Shown here one piece after another: positions 52,268 to 61,474 of a stretch of DNA of 64,000 bases (positions are counted from its first letter, which is position 1; the number at the start of each line of letters is the position of its first letter). The notes below the pieces were generated by a model. That model saw nothing but the letters and a program-made list of their open reading frames with translations. It was not told the origin of the DNA and did no database searches. This DNA is from Gammaproteobacteria bacterium (GTDB lineage: Bacteria > Pseudomonadota > Gammaproteobacteria > CAJXQU01). Position numbers and translations under genes: made by a program. Location of the stretch: contig CBDEGZ010000003.1 of assembly GCA_965238175.1 (NCBI GenBank), positions 2,944,001-3,008,000 of the forward strand, read 5' to 3'.

Positions 52268-55200
52268 ATGGCGCTGAACCTGGTCGATTTTACACTTAAA
52301 AATAATCGTCTGTCGATTATCCTGACACTCGCCATTGTAGTTTGGGGATGTCTGGCTTACCTAAGTCTACCAAAGGCCGAAGATCCTGGGTTTGTTGTCC
52401 GGACTGCCATTGTTAACACTAAAATGCCCGGGGCAAGTGCTCAGCGAATAGAAGAATTAGTCACGTCTGTGATTGAAGAAGCCATTATGGAAATGCCTGA
52501 GTTAGACAATGTACAGAGTATTTCAAGAGAAGGCCTTTCATATATTACCGTCAACTTCAAGGAAAGTTACAAGGTGATGCGGCCTATATTTGATTCTCTA
52601 CGTCGAAAAATTGAAGCCGTTTCCCCTGATCTGCCGCAAGGTATACAGGGTCCTATCGTCGATGACGAATTTGGTGATGTCTTTGGTAGTCTGTTCACAC
52701 TCACCGGTGATGGTTTTAACTTAACCGAATTAGCCGATATAGCCGATGATATTCGGGATCAACTTATTGGCCTTGATTTAGTTTCAAAAGTTGAACTTTA
52801 CGGCAAACAAAATGAGGTGATCTATGTACAATATAGTAATGCACGTTTGAGCGAAATGGGGTTGAACCCTGCAATGCTTAGCGATGCGATCAGTAGTGTC
52901 AATGTTATATCACCCGGTGGTGACATCATCATTGGAGAGGAACGAATAAGTCTTGAACCAAGCGGTAATTTCTCCTCTTTGGATGATCTAAAACAAACCC
53001 TAATTCGTGATAAACAGAATAACCTTGTACAGCTCCAGGACATTGCTGATGTAACACGAGTACTAGAAGATCCGGCTACCAGTCTGGTGTATGCCAATGG
53101 GAAACCCGCAATGGTTCTCGCTATTTCAATGAATGAAGGTGGAGACATTCTCAAACTAGGCGAAGAGTTACGCGCATTTGCCAGTGACGTGCAATCATCA
53201 CTCCCACTGGGCGTAGATCTCAGAGAATCCGCATTTCAAGCAGACATTGTGGCATTAAAAATAGAAGATTTTATTTCTAGTATTTTGCAAGCAATCGTTA
53301 TTGTCTTCGTCGTACTGCTTGTTTTTCTGGGTCTACGGACAGCACTCGCTGTTGCGATATTAATCCCTTTGGCCATCTTGAGTACTTTTGCGTTTATGAC
53401 CGTGTTTGATATCACGATCAACCAGGTTTCGTTAGCCGGTTTAATCATTTCTCTCGGGTTGCTTGTTGATAATGGCATTGTTATCAACGAGTCTATAATG
53501 CTTAAAATGGAGAAAGGTAAAACAGGCATTGAAGCTGCCAGTTTGACTATTAATGAGCTTAAAATTCCTCTCCTGGTCGCTTCTCTAACAACCGTGGCCG
53601 CCTTTATGCCAATTGCATTAGCAGAGTCAGGAATAGGCGAGTTTTGTGCGGCAATTTGCTACATAGTTGCAATCTCACTGGGATCTTCATGGGTGTTTTC
53701 TGTCACCATTATTCCCGCTATTGCATCGCTATTACTAAAGGTAAAAAACACCAAGAAAAACAAATCAGATGAAACATCGCGTGGGTTATTTATTCGCCTT
53801 TATGGAAAGATAATTCAAATAGTACTTAGGTTTAGATGGGTTGCCATATTATTGGTAGTCTCTCTTTTTGGTACGGTAGGTTATGCATTAAGCCATGTCC
53901 CTGCAGTGTTTATCCCTCCCTCAGATGAGGCAATTGTTAGTGTAGAGTTAGATCTACCACTTGGCCGTGATATTGAAGTCACACGACAATTATCCGATCA
54001 GCTACAGACTACCTATGAGACCCTTAAGTACAACAGTAAAAATGACAGTGGCTTGATTACGGGTTGGACAAATTTTGTGGGTTCTAGCGCCCCAAAATTT
54101 AAACTGGGCTACAACCCCGGTGCCGGAAATCCAGCTCACGTATCCAGTATCGTGAATGTACGAAATACAGCCGCACTTGATCCAACAATTACAAAGCTAA
54201 GTGAGTACGTTGCTAATCATCACCCTGATGTAGACTTTAAAATTCAACGCTTATCGCAGGGTCCACCCGTCGCTTATCCGATACAAGTGCGCCTGAGTGG
54301 TCACAATATCAACGAACTGGAACTTCGTGCAGCCGCAATCAAGCAACAGTTAATAAACATTCCAGGTGTACTCACTATAAAAGATGACTGGGGTGTAAGA
54401 TCTAAAAAAATAGCGATCAATGTTAATCAGGAACGCGCACGTGCATCTGGCGTATCAAGCGCAGACGTCGCTGATTCATTACGGCTAAGTTTGAGTGGAA
54501 ATTCAGTCAGTGACTTTCGCGAAGGTGAAGACAGAATTCCCATTACTTTAATTACTGAAGGGATCGAGCGAAATGACCTGAGGATCATCAATGATTTAAC
54601 GATCAATTCTCAGACAGGTGAAAGTGTTAAATTAGCCCAGGTGGCGGACAACAAGGTGCAATGGTCTGCTTCAAATATTTTACGTAGAAATCGTGTCCGT
54701 ACCGTGACAATATCAGCGACATTATTCCAGCACTATACTGCGACCATGATTAATCAGACGTTTACTCCCTGGTTAGATGAGTTTACCGCTCAACTACCGC
54801 CTGGTTATTCTATAGAAATTGGTGGTGAATCAGAATCTTCTGATGATGCTAGCCAGTCTATCGTCGATAAACTACCTATAGCATTTATTTTTATCGTGCT
54901 ATTGCTGGTTGGCCAATTTAATTCACTACGTAAAGCGACCTTGATCATGTTAACTATTCCGATGGGTGTTATCGGCATGGCATGGGGATTATGGATCGCG
55001 AGTTCAACGTTTGGTTTCTTTACCATCCTCGGTCTATTGTCGCTGGCGGGAATTATTATTAATAACGCGATCGTCTTGATTGACAGTATTGATTCCTTTC
55101 GAGATCAAGACTTAAGTCCCTGGGATGCAATCGTCTCTGCCAGCGAATCAAGACTTAGACCAATATTACTCACAACGGCTACAACTTGTGGTGGCATGAT

Positions 55201-55348
55201 TCCTTTATGGCTTGGCGGAGGAATGTTTGAAACCATGGCGGTCACGATTTTCTTCGGTCTATTATTTGGCTCTGTAATAACGCTTGTAGTGGTACCTGCT
55301 TTATATGCAATTTTCTTTAAAGTCGCTGCCCCAGTTAAATCTGCTTAA
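52268..55348 (+). CDS. RND efflux permease
   Basis: LPKAEDP, PGASA..IE..V, GLLVDNGIV, GIIINNAIVLID and RLRPILLT motifs; 12-TM layout. Confidence 0.95.
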   Translation: MALNLVDFTLKNNRLSIILTLAIVVWGCLAYLSLPKAEDPGFVVRTAIVNTKMPGASAQRIEELVTSVIEEAIMEMPELDNVQSISREGLSYITVNFKESYKVMRPIFDSLRRKIEAVSPDLPQGIQGPIVDDEFGDVFGSLFTLTGDGFNLTELADIADDIRDQLIGLDLVSKVELYGKQNEVIYVQYSNARLSEMGLNPAMLSDAISSVNVISPGGDIIIGEERISLEPSGNFSSLDDLKQTLIRDKQNNLVQLQDIADVTRVLEDPATSLVYANGKPAMVLAISMNEGGDILKLGEELRAFASDVQSSLPLGVDLRESAFQADIVALKIEDFISSILQAIVIVFVVLLVFLGLRTALAVAILIPLAILSTFAFMTVFDITINQVSLAGLIISLGLLVDNGIVINESIMLKMEKGKTGIEAASLTINELKIPLLVASLTTVAAFMPIALAESGIGEFCAAICYIVAISLGSSWVFSVTIIPAIASLLLKVKNTKKNKSDETSRGLFIRLYGKIIQIVLRFRWVAILLVVSLFGTVGYALSHVPAVFIPPSDEAIVSVELDLPLGRDIEVTRQLSDQLQTTYETLKYNSKNDSGLITGWTNFVGSSAPKFKLGYNPGAGNPAHVSSIVNVRNTAALDPTITKLSEYVANHHPDVDFKIQRLSQGPPVAYPIQVRLSGHNINELELRAAAIKQQLINIPGVLTIKDDWGVRSKKIAINVNQERARASGVSSADVADSLRLSLSGNSVSDFREGEDRIPITLITEGIERNDLRIINDLTINSQTGESVKLAQVADNKVQWSASNILRRNRVRTVTISATLFQHYTATMINQTFTPWLDEFTAQLPPGYSIEIGGESESSDDASQSIVDKLPIAFIFIVLLLVGQFNSLRKATLIMLTIPMGVIGMAWGLWIASSTFGFFTILGLLSLAGIIINNAIVLIDSIDSFRDQDLSPWDAIVSASESRLRPILLTTATTCGGMIPLWLGGGMFETMAVTIFFGLLFGSVITLVVVPALYAIFFKVAAPVKSA

Positions 55349-55439
55349 ATAACCTGATGTGATGGTCTCCTCCCCCTAACGGCATCTAGGTGCCATGATT
55401 GAACTGACATACACACAATCAAAAGAGGAGAAGACCAAA

Positions 55440-56453
55440 ATGAAGACTACAACAATCGGGTTAGACATAGCAAAAAACGTATTTCATGCTGTCTGCTGTA
55501 ATCAACAAGGGCGTATAATCAAAAAGAAAATGTTAAAGCGAGCGCAGGTACTCTCCTTTTTTCAATCTCAACCTCCTTGTTTAGTCGCAATAGAATCTTG
55601 TGCAACGTCACAGTATTGGGCCCGAGCGATACAACAACAGGGACATCAGGTGAAATTACTACCACCTCAGCATGTTAACGCATTTCTAATCGGCAATAAG
55701 AATGATTATAACGATGCCTTGGCCATCGCCGTTGCTGCGAAACAACCTCATTTAAAAAGTGTGGGCATTAAATCAGTTGAGCAACAAGACAACCAGGCAC
55801 AACATAAAGCAAGAGACTTAGCGGTCAGACAAAGAACCGCATTATGTAACCAAATGAGAGCGCTTGTTGCAGAATATGGCATTAGCCTTCGTCCCGGCCT
55901 AAATACCCTACGTCAATCTATCCCGTTGCTATTAAGTGATGAGAACGAACGGTTGTCCGTTACTTTCAAAAGGATACTGCGCCAGCTAAAGGAACAATGG
56001 CAATCACTTGATGCCTGTATTGCGACATTTGACCAATTGATCATTCAATCGGCAAAAAACAATGCGATTTGCCAACGCTTACAAACTATTCCAGGGTTTG
56101 GGCCGATGGTCTCGAGCGCGTATTTTAATGAAGTGGGAAACGGCGCTCATTATCACAAAGGGCGCGATGTGTCCGCCTCATTAGGACTTGTTCCACGACA
56201 GTACAGTAGTGGTGGTAAAGAGGTGCTACTGGGGATCAGTAAACGCGGCAATAAATACCTTCGTTGTTTGTTAATTCTAGGCGCGAAGGCCGTGGTATCA
56301 AGAGCCAAAACGAAAGGCGATAAACTGAGTCAATGGATTAATCGTTTAGTTGAGACGCGGGGGCATAATCGAGCGTGTGTGGCGTATGCCAACAAAATGG
56401 CAAGAATGGCCTGGGCTATAACGGTTTCTGGTGATGACTACTCACCGGCCTAA
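55440..56453 (+). CDS. IS110-family recombinase/transposase
   Basis: DEDD RuvC residues (GLDIAK, AIES, KNDYNDA), Tnp domain IPGFG..., LGLVPRQYSSGG with the catalytic Ser, and GISKRGN.YLR. GAGGAG RBS before ATG 55440; frame intact. Confidence 0.96.
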   Translation: MKTTTIGLDIAKNVFHAVCCNQQGRIIKKKMLKRAQVLSFFQSQPPCLVAIESCATSQYWARAIQQQGHQVKLLPPQHVNAFLIGNKNDYNDALAIAVAAKQPHLKSVGIKSVEQQDNQAQHKARDLAVRQRTALCNQMRALVAEYGISLRPGLNTLRQSIPLLLSDENERLSVTFKRILRQLKEQWQSLDACIATFDQLIIQSAKNNAICQRLQTIPGFGPMVSSAYFNEVGNGAHYHKGRDVSASLGLVPRQYSSGGKEVLLGISKRGNKYLRCLLILGAKAVVSRAKTKGDKLSQWINRLVETRGHNRACVAYANKMARMAWAITVSGDDYSPA

Positions 56454-56683
56454 ATAGAGAGAACAAATCATTTCAACGAATTGCGAAGGTAAAACTAAAG
56501 ATGGCATAACAGGTCAAACCAGCCTATTGAAAACCTGTCGAGCTCAGGGGTAACTAATACCGATAACCTGATAAGGAAAATAGGCGCGTAATACATCCAG
56601 GTCAGAAGTTGAAAACTTCATTGAAGGCCGTATATATGACAGCAATCCTGTCCCTGTTATCTGAATGTTTTATCTTGCAATAC
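56454..56683 (+). ncRNA. Putative bridge/seek RNA of the IS1111 element (boundaries approximate)
   Basis: Stem GCCTATT/AATAGGC encloses an internal loop carrying target-matching 9-mers; a second loop carries a donor-matching ATATATGA. Confidence 0.75.
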
Positions 56684-56825
56684 GGGAGGAGACCATATAT
56701 GAACTCGGGATAAAAATGACCATAAAAACATTAAAAGACAATGACCGCACTCTTTTGCACTAAAAACGTCGATTTTTTCATAGAAAACTCTCCTAAATAC
56801 AGTGTAAGAATTTTCTACTTAAAAC

Positions 56826-59207
56826 TCAGATTGTTCTTCGGGGGATTACAATTATCTTACTCGACCAAAAAATCAGTATTAATATAGTAAGAATCGTGAT
56901 TATCAGACCTTCTTTTAATAACGGCGGGAAGTATTTTAGATCAATAATGTGCTGCCCTTTGCCCAATAACAGACCTGAAAAACCAGCATTAATTTTATAA
57001 ATATCAACTGCCTCATTGTTTACTGTTGCATGCCAACCAGAATCTTTAGGAATTGATAAAAATAACATTCCATCAGCTTCTAGATTTATATTGCCGGAAA
57101 TATCATCATCAGAAAATTTCGTCATTTTCATAACATTAAGTCTTCTCGAAGGGCAAGGATCAAATTCTGTGGCAGAACAAGTTAGCCCATCAAATTTTTC
57201 TGATATAAGTTCCATATTTTGATCTATCGAGGGTAAAAATCCAAATTGGAGTAAATTATCTCTTTCAGTAATATTCTCCATAGAAAAATACTTTTCTCGA
57301 TCAAGATACTTATCGTAAACAAACCCGAAAGGTAATGCCTCAGTCCTTTTAAAAACATGAATATCTCCGATAGTTTTTAGAAATTTTGAGGTCTCAGGTA
57401 TCACCTCTTCAGTTTTGGTCAGGTGATATTTGACACTTAATAGATTTGCTAAATCAGGTCTCTGCAGGGAAGTCCATCCTAGTATATTCATGCGTAAATT
57501 TGCTGGTGCATTGGGAACAGGAGGAATATTTAATGTATCAATAAACTCGAAATATGATGGAGTATTCAAAGAATTATATGAATCCATTCCCATATAATCC
57601 TGCACAACTGAATCATTCATACTTGAAATCCAACGATTTTTTTCAACCCTAAAAAAAGTATCATCGATACTCTCAAGATACTTAATAACATCATTTGTAT
57701 AACCAAAGAGATCAATCTCCTGATTATTAAGAAGTGCTTCTTTGTCTGCTTCCATCCCTTTCGTCAAAACATTTCTTTTTCCAAAAGTGTCACTATGTTC
57801 TGATACCATTTCCACAGACAACGTCATTATCAATATGGCAAGTGCAACGTATTTAGTAAATACATTTTTTGTCAGAAAAAATAACACTGCTCCATAGACA
57901 AGAATAAAAGCGATACTTTTCCAAGTTTTTATTACGTTATATTGATATATTGCTAATTCGTTTGCATATCGATGATTGATGAAAACCAGACTAATCAACA
58001 GAATAAAAATAGTCGTAATTAATAGCTTATAATTAACCTCTCTTTTTTCAAAGATCTCTTTCAACATAGAGGCTAACAATATAAGTTCTACAAAAATTAT
58101 GTTGTATCCCCAACGATATGTCGCATATTGAAATCCATTCATAATACGTGCAAAAAATGGAAATATCAGGAATACTAATACTATAAAAATACCAACGGAT
58201 ATAACTATTTTTCGTTTTCGATCAAAAAGGATAAAAGCCTGCGGAAATGTTACTAAAAATAGTAGCCCACAATACAACTGCATTGATTCGTAATAATTAA
58301 GAAAACCTATATAGGAAGAACCGATGCCTTGTAGATTATTGGAAAACAAACGACTAAATATAGAGAAATAATAATCGTAAGAGTTAAACAGAAACTGCAT
58401 ACGAAATATGCTCATTATTCCTTCGGTCGATGTTCTTGGACTTGATTTTAAAAGGTGATATTCAGGGAAAATGAATACTGCAACTAGCCCTACTGCAAGA
58501 AAGAATATGATTATAAATTTCCCTGTCGTTCTCAGAAAAAATTTCATATCAAATCCATAATCAAAATAGAATCTAAAAAGATAATAGGTAATTACGAAAA
58601 TAAATATCTGATAAAAAAAGTATATGTTTAACAAAAGTAAGGCCTTTGTTGACAACAACAATAACCATTTTCCTTCTGACATAAACCGTTCAAGTGCTAG
58701 CAATAGTAAAGGCAAGAAAACCACACTCGAACTGAAAAAATAATGTTGTCCCCATAACATTAAGTAACCATTAAAAGCGAAAAGAAAAGAACAAATAACG
58801 GCAGGAATGGCACCTACTTTTATATATGTAAAATAAAAGTAGGTGAAAAGTGCGGATAAAATTATTTTTAATATATAAACATATACCAATAAAAATGACA
58901 CATTTTCTGGACCAGCTATGAAATAGACAAGAGAAAATGGATCATACAAAAAGGCATATAAGGTTAGTACACTTGTCCCCACACCCATCTTAAAAGACCA
59001 GAATGAGAATTCTAAATTATGGATTTGTTCGGCTAAAAAATAATAAAAACGATAGTAAGAATAAAAAGTATCACTACCAATATCTCTGAACAAAAATAAT
59101 TTATTACCCACTAAAAATGATTTGAACAATACTAAGCAGGTTAAAAAAACTGCTGTGAAAAGTAGAATTAGATATTTTGGATGATCAAGAATACTTTTAG
59201 ATTGCAA
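56826..59207 (-). CDS. YfhO-family polytopic membrane glycosyltransferase (GT-C fold)
   Basis: N-terminal DIGSD...Y, WSFKMGVG, many TMs, FFRVE, and C-terminal LSIP.DSGW.A.VN...G.H.I.L.Y.PP followed by a TM. TTG start. Confidence 0.85.
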   Translation of the reverse strand: MQSKSILDHPKYLILLFTAVFLTCLVLFKSFLVGNKLFLFRDIGSDTFYSYYRFYYFLAEQIHNLEFSFWSFKMGVGTSVLTLYAFLYDPFSLVYFIAGPENVSFLLVYVYILKIILSALFTYFYFTYIKVGAIPAVICSFLFAFNGYLMLWGQHYFFSSSVVFLPLLLLALERFMSEGKWLLLLSTKALLLLNIYFFYQIFIFVITYYLFRFYFDYGFDMKFFLRTTGKFIIIFFLAVGLVAVFIFPEYHLLKSSPRTSTEGIMSIFRMQFLFNSYDYYFSIFSRLFSNNLQGIGSSYIGFLNYYESMQLYCGLLFLVTFPQAFILFDRKRKIVISVGIFIVLVFLIFPFFARIMNGFQYATYRWGYNIIFVELILLASMLKEIFEKREVNYKLLITTIFILLISLVFINHRYANELAIYQYNVIKTWKSIAFILVYGAVLFFLTKNVFTKYVALAILIMTLSVEMVSEHSDTFGKRNVLTKGMEADKEALLNNQEIDLFGYTNDVIKYLESIDDTFFRVEKNRWISSMNDSVVQDYMGMDSYNSLNTPSYFEFIDTLNIPPVPNAPANLRMNILGWTSLQRPDLANLLSVKYHLTKTEEVIPETSKFLKTIGDIHVFKRTEALPFGFVYDKYLDREKYFSMENITERDNLLQFGFLPSIDQNMELISEKFDGLTCSATEFDPCPSRRLNVMKMTKFSDDDISGNINLEADGMLFLSIPKDSGWHATVNNEAVDIYKINAGFSGLLLGKGQHIIDLKYFPPLLKEGLIITILTILILIFWSSKIIVIPRRTI

Positions 59208-59223
59208 ATTTCTAATCTCGGCT

Positions 59224-60429
59224 TTAAAAAAATTTGTTACTTATCCACCCAAAAAAAACGATTAACTTATGAGTTATCTTTTTCACAAAACGCGGGAGTT
59301 TTGTCGTCTTTCCTACATACCACAATAATGCTTTCTGGCTCTCATTAAACCAGGTTTTGAAGGGCTTTAGATGTATATCTTCTGGAAGAGAGCCTTCATC
59401 TCGATGGCTTTTGATCCACTGATAAAAACTAATCTTGTGGTTGCTAGCTAAAGCACTTACAGAAAATGGGTCATCAAACTCATCTTGTAAGTCACTATCA
59501 TTCCTAAATAGAACCCTGTCTCTTTGCTCTATTTTCTCACCATTATTATAGAAGCCATAGAACCACGGATGCTTACTAACAGTCTTCTGCCCTTGCTGGT
59601 CACATTGTTGTTTATACCATTTATCAAGTTCCCAAGCTGTTGGCATGTCATCAGCATATCTTTCCAGCATCATAAGGCTGGCTCCATTATCAACGCCAGA
59701 AAAATGATGAAAACAGATAGGGAAATCATTAACTTTAATTTCAGTTTTGACTGAGCCCGTCAACTTCCGAGTAGAATAATTCCAGGTTGCAACATTGTAG
59801 ATTGGATCTCTAACAATCTTGTGAGTCTCAAAAAATGCAGGGACAAAGTCCATCCATCTTTGATCAGTAAAAATTCCAAATGGGATATTGTCATGACAGA
59901 AATGTGTCAAGCGATGCGACCACCAATCAATCAATCGATTTCCGTCAGTATCGTTTTTTATACCGAGAAATCCTAGATTGTATATGCCGTGACGCATACT
60001 TGATGTTTCATTATCAATAATCGCCTGCAAATCATCTTCTTCCACCACCACATGAGGAGTTAACAAAATACTATGTTTATCTAGTAAATTTGATAAAGAA
60101 GACAATCCAGAAAAAATGACAACATCAGGATCAAAATAGAATAATTTTTCACTATTATATTTGTCGAGCAAATAACGAAAACAATGTGGTTTAACTGCAG
60201 TACATAACTCTACCACTGAATGGTGAAATACCCAGCTTTGTTCTAGACCTAAATCATCAATCGTAATTATTGAATCAAAAGGTTCCATTTCAACATCAAG
60301 CCAATCGGGAATTTTATCCGATAACATTAAGTGCATACGAATATCTGGCTCGTGCTCTTTAAGAGAGTTAGCTAGCACCCGAGCTTTTGCTAAATAATTA
60401 ATGTTTGCGCTTGTAAAGGCATCTACCAT
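59224..60429 (-). CDS. Putative GT-A-fold glycosyltransferase
   Basis: NYLAKARVL..S, ELCTAVKP, YFDPD, LTPH, G.YNLGF, DQRW.D, YNVATWN and FHHFSG motifs. Confidence 0.75.
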   Translation of the reverse strand: MVDAFTSANINYLAKARVLANSLKEHEPDIRMHLMLSDKIPDWLDVEMEPFDSIITIDDLGLEQSWVFHHSVVELCTAVKPHCFRYLLDKYNSEKLFYFDPDVVIFSGLSSLSNLLDKHSILLTPHVVVEEDDLQAIIDNETSSMRHGIYNLGFLGIKNDTDGNRLIDWWSHRLTHFCHDNIPFGIFTDQRWMDFVPAFFETHKIVRDPIYNVATWNYSTRKLTGSVKTEIKVNDFPICFHHFSGVDNGASLMMLERYADDMPTAWELDKWYKQQCDQQGQKTVSKHPWFYGFYNNGEKIEQRDRVLFRNDSDLQDEFDDPFSVSALASNHKISFYQWIKSHRDEGSLPEDIHLKPFKTWFNESQKALLWYVGKTTKLPRFVKKITHKLIVFFGWISNKFF

Positions 60430-60430
60430 A

Positions 60431-61474
60431 CTAAGTTCTCAACCATAACCTTTTGATTAAACTCAAGTGAAGAATATCCTTTAATGCATATTCAATCCTT
60501 TGAGTAAACCATAATAATTTATTTTCTATTACTATACTGTTGGCTAAATTTATCGCCTCTAATACATTGGAAGAAATACAAGCTTGTTTCGGTATACCGG
60601 CATCGTGTTGATCAACAAAAAGTTTATAAACATTTGAATTAATAACGATATCCTTCGAAAATTTTGAGTAGACAAAAAAAGATAACTTTGTTGGTCTAAA
60701 TATTTCCGCAAGTATTTCAGTAATTAATTTCTCATCAACATCTACTAAAATTTCTTTTTGTTTATCTCTTACCAATGGATAGTACACATCTAACATTTTA
60801 TCGCGTGTTAAAATCTCATTTACACTGTATGGAGTTCGATACAAACTGCTAACTTCATTGACAAAAATAAAATCATCTTTGCTTGCATATCTCACCCACA
60901 AATGCCAATCCTCAAGCCGCCCTAATTCAGGATCAAAACCACCATATTCCATAAATAAAGTTCTTCTAAACAATACACATTGTATAGCGAGATTATTATT
61001 TACCAGTAAAGCACCACGACTAAATTCACGCTGAAATGAGAGAGTTTTTTTACCATCTGTATGATCAAAAGGAGTGTAACTCCGTATTTCGCTAGGAACT
61101 TCTTCTGCCAATGAATATGCTGCACCAACATCTTCATGCGTTTCTAGTGCCGTAACGAGTAGTTGCAAATGTTGCGGATAGAAAAGATCATCATCATCCA
61201 AGAAACAGAGGTATTCACCCTTTGCTTCTTTTAAACCGAGATTTCCAGCAGCACAACGATCAAAAAGTTCAGAGTAATAATAATTTATAACCCTGGAATC
61301 ATCCCCGAATTCATAGTTCAACAACCATGCCTCTAGATCATTTGAACCATTTTCAATAATAACTAGCTCTATACTTTGATACGTCTGTTTTAGAACAGAA
61401 TCAATCGCTTCGGCCAGACATCCTTTTCGAAAAGAATTTGTCCGAATAATTACGCTAACCGTGGGCAAATTCAT
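60431..61474 (-). CDS. Glycosyltransferase family 2
   Basis: VSVIIRT, AIDSVLKQTY, GEYLCFLDDDD and EDWHLW motifs; ATG 61474 overlaps the upstream stop (ATGA). Confidence 0.9.
   Translation of the reverse strand: MNLPTVSVIIRTNSFRKGCLAEAIDSVLKQTYQSIELVIIENGSNDLEAWLLNYEFGDDSRVINYYYSELFDRCAAGNLGLKEAKGEYLCFLDDDDLFYPQHLQLLVTALETHEDVGAAYSLAEEVPSEIRSYTPFDHTDGKKTLSFQREFSRGALLVNNNLAIQCVLFRRTLFMEYGGFDPELGRLEDWHLWVRYASKDDFIFVNEVSSLYRTPYSVNEILTRDKMLDVYYPLVRDKQKEILVDVDEKLITEILAEIFRPTKLSFFVYSKFSKDIVINSNVYKLFVDQHDAGIPKQACISSNVLEAINLANSIVIENKLLWFTQRIEYALKDILHLSLIKRLWLRT

Larger units (their letters stand above)
55355..56699 (+). mobile_element. IS110-family insertion sequence, IS1111 group
   Basis: 13-bp sub-terminal IRs ATGGTCTCCTCCC (55362-55374) and GGGAGGAGACCAT (56684-56696), set 7 nt and 3 nt in from the ends; TGA core at both junctions; long 3' non-coding end. 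Confidence 0.93.

Noticed and set aside
55349-56710. Classical target-site duplication around the IS
   Set aside because: Only the 3-nt TGA core recurs, as expected for conservative IS110 recombination rather than a DDE-type duplication.
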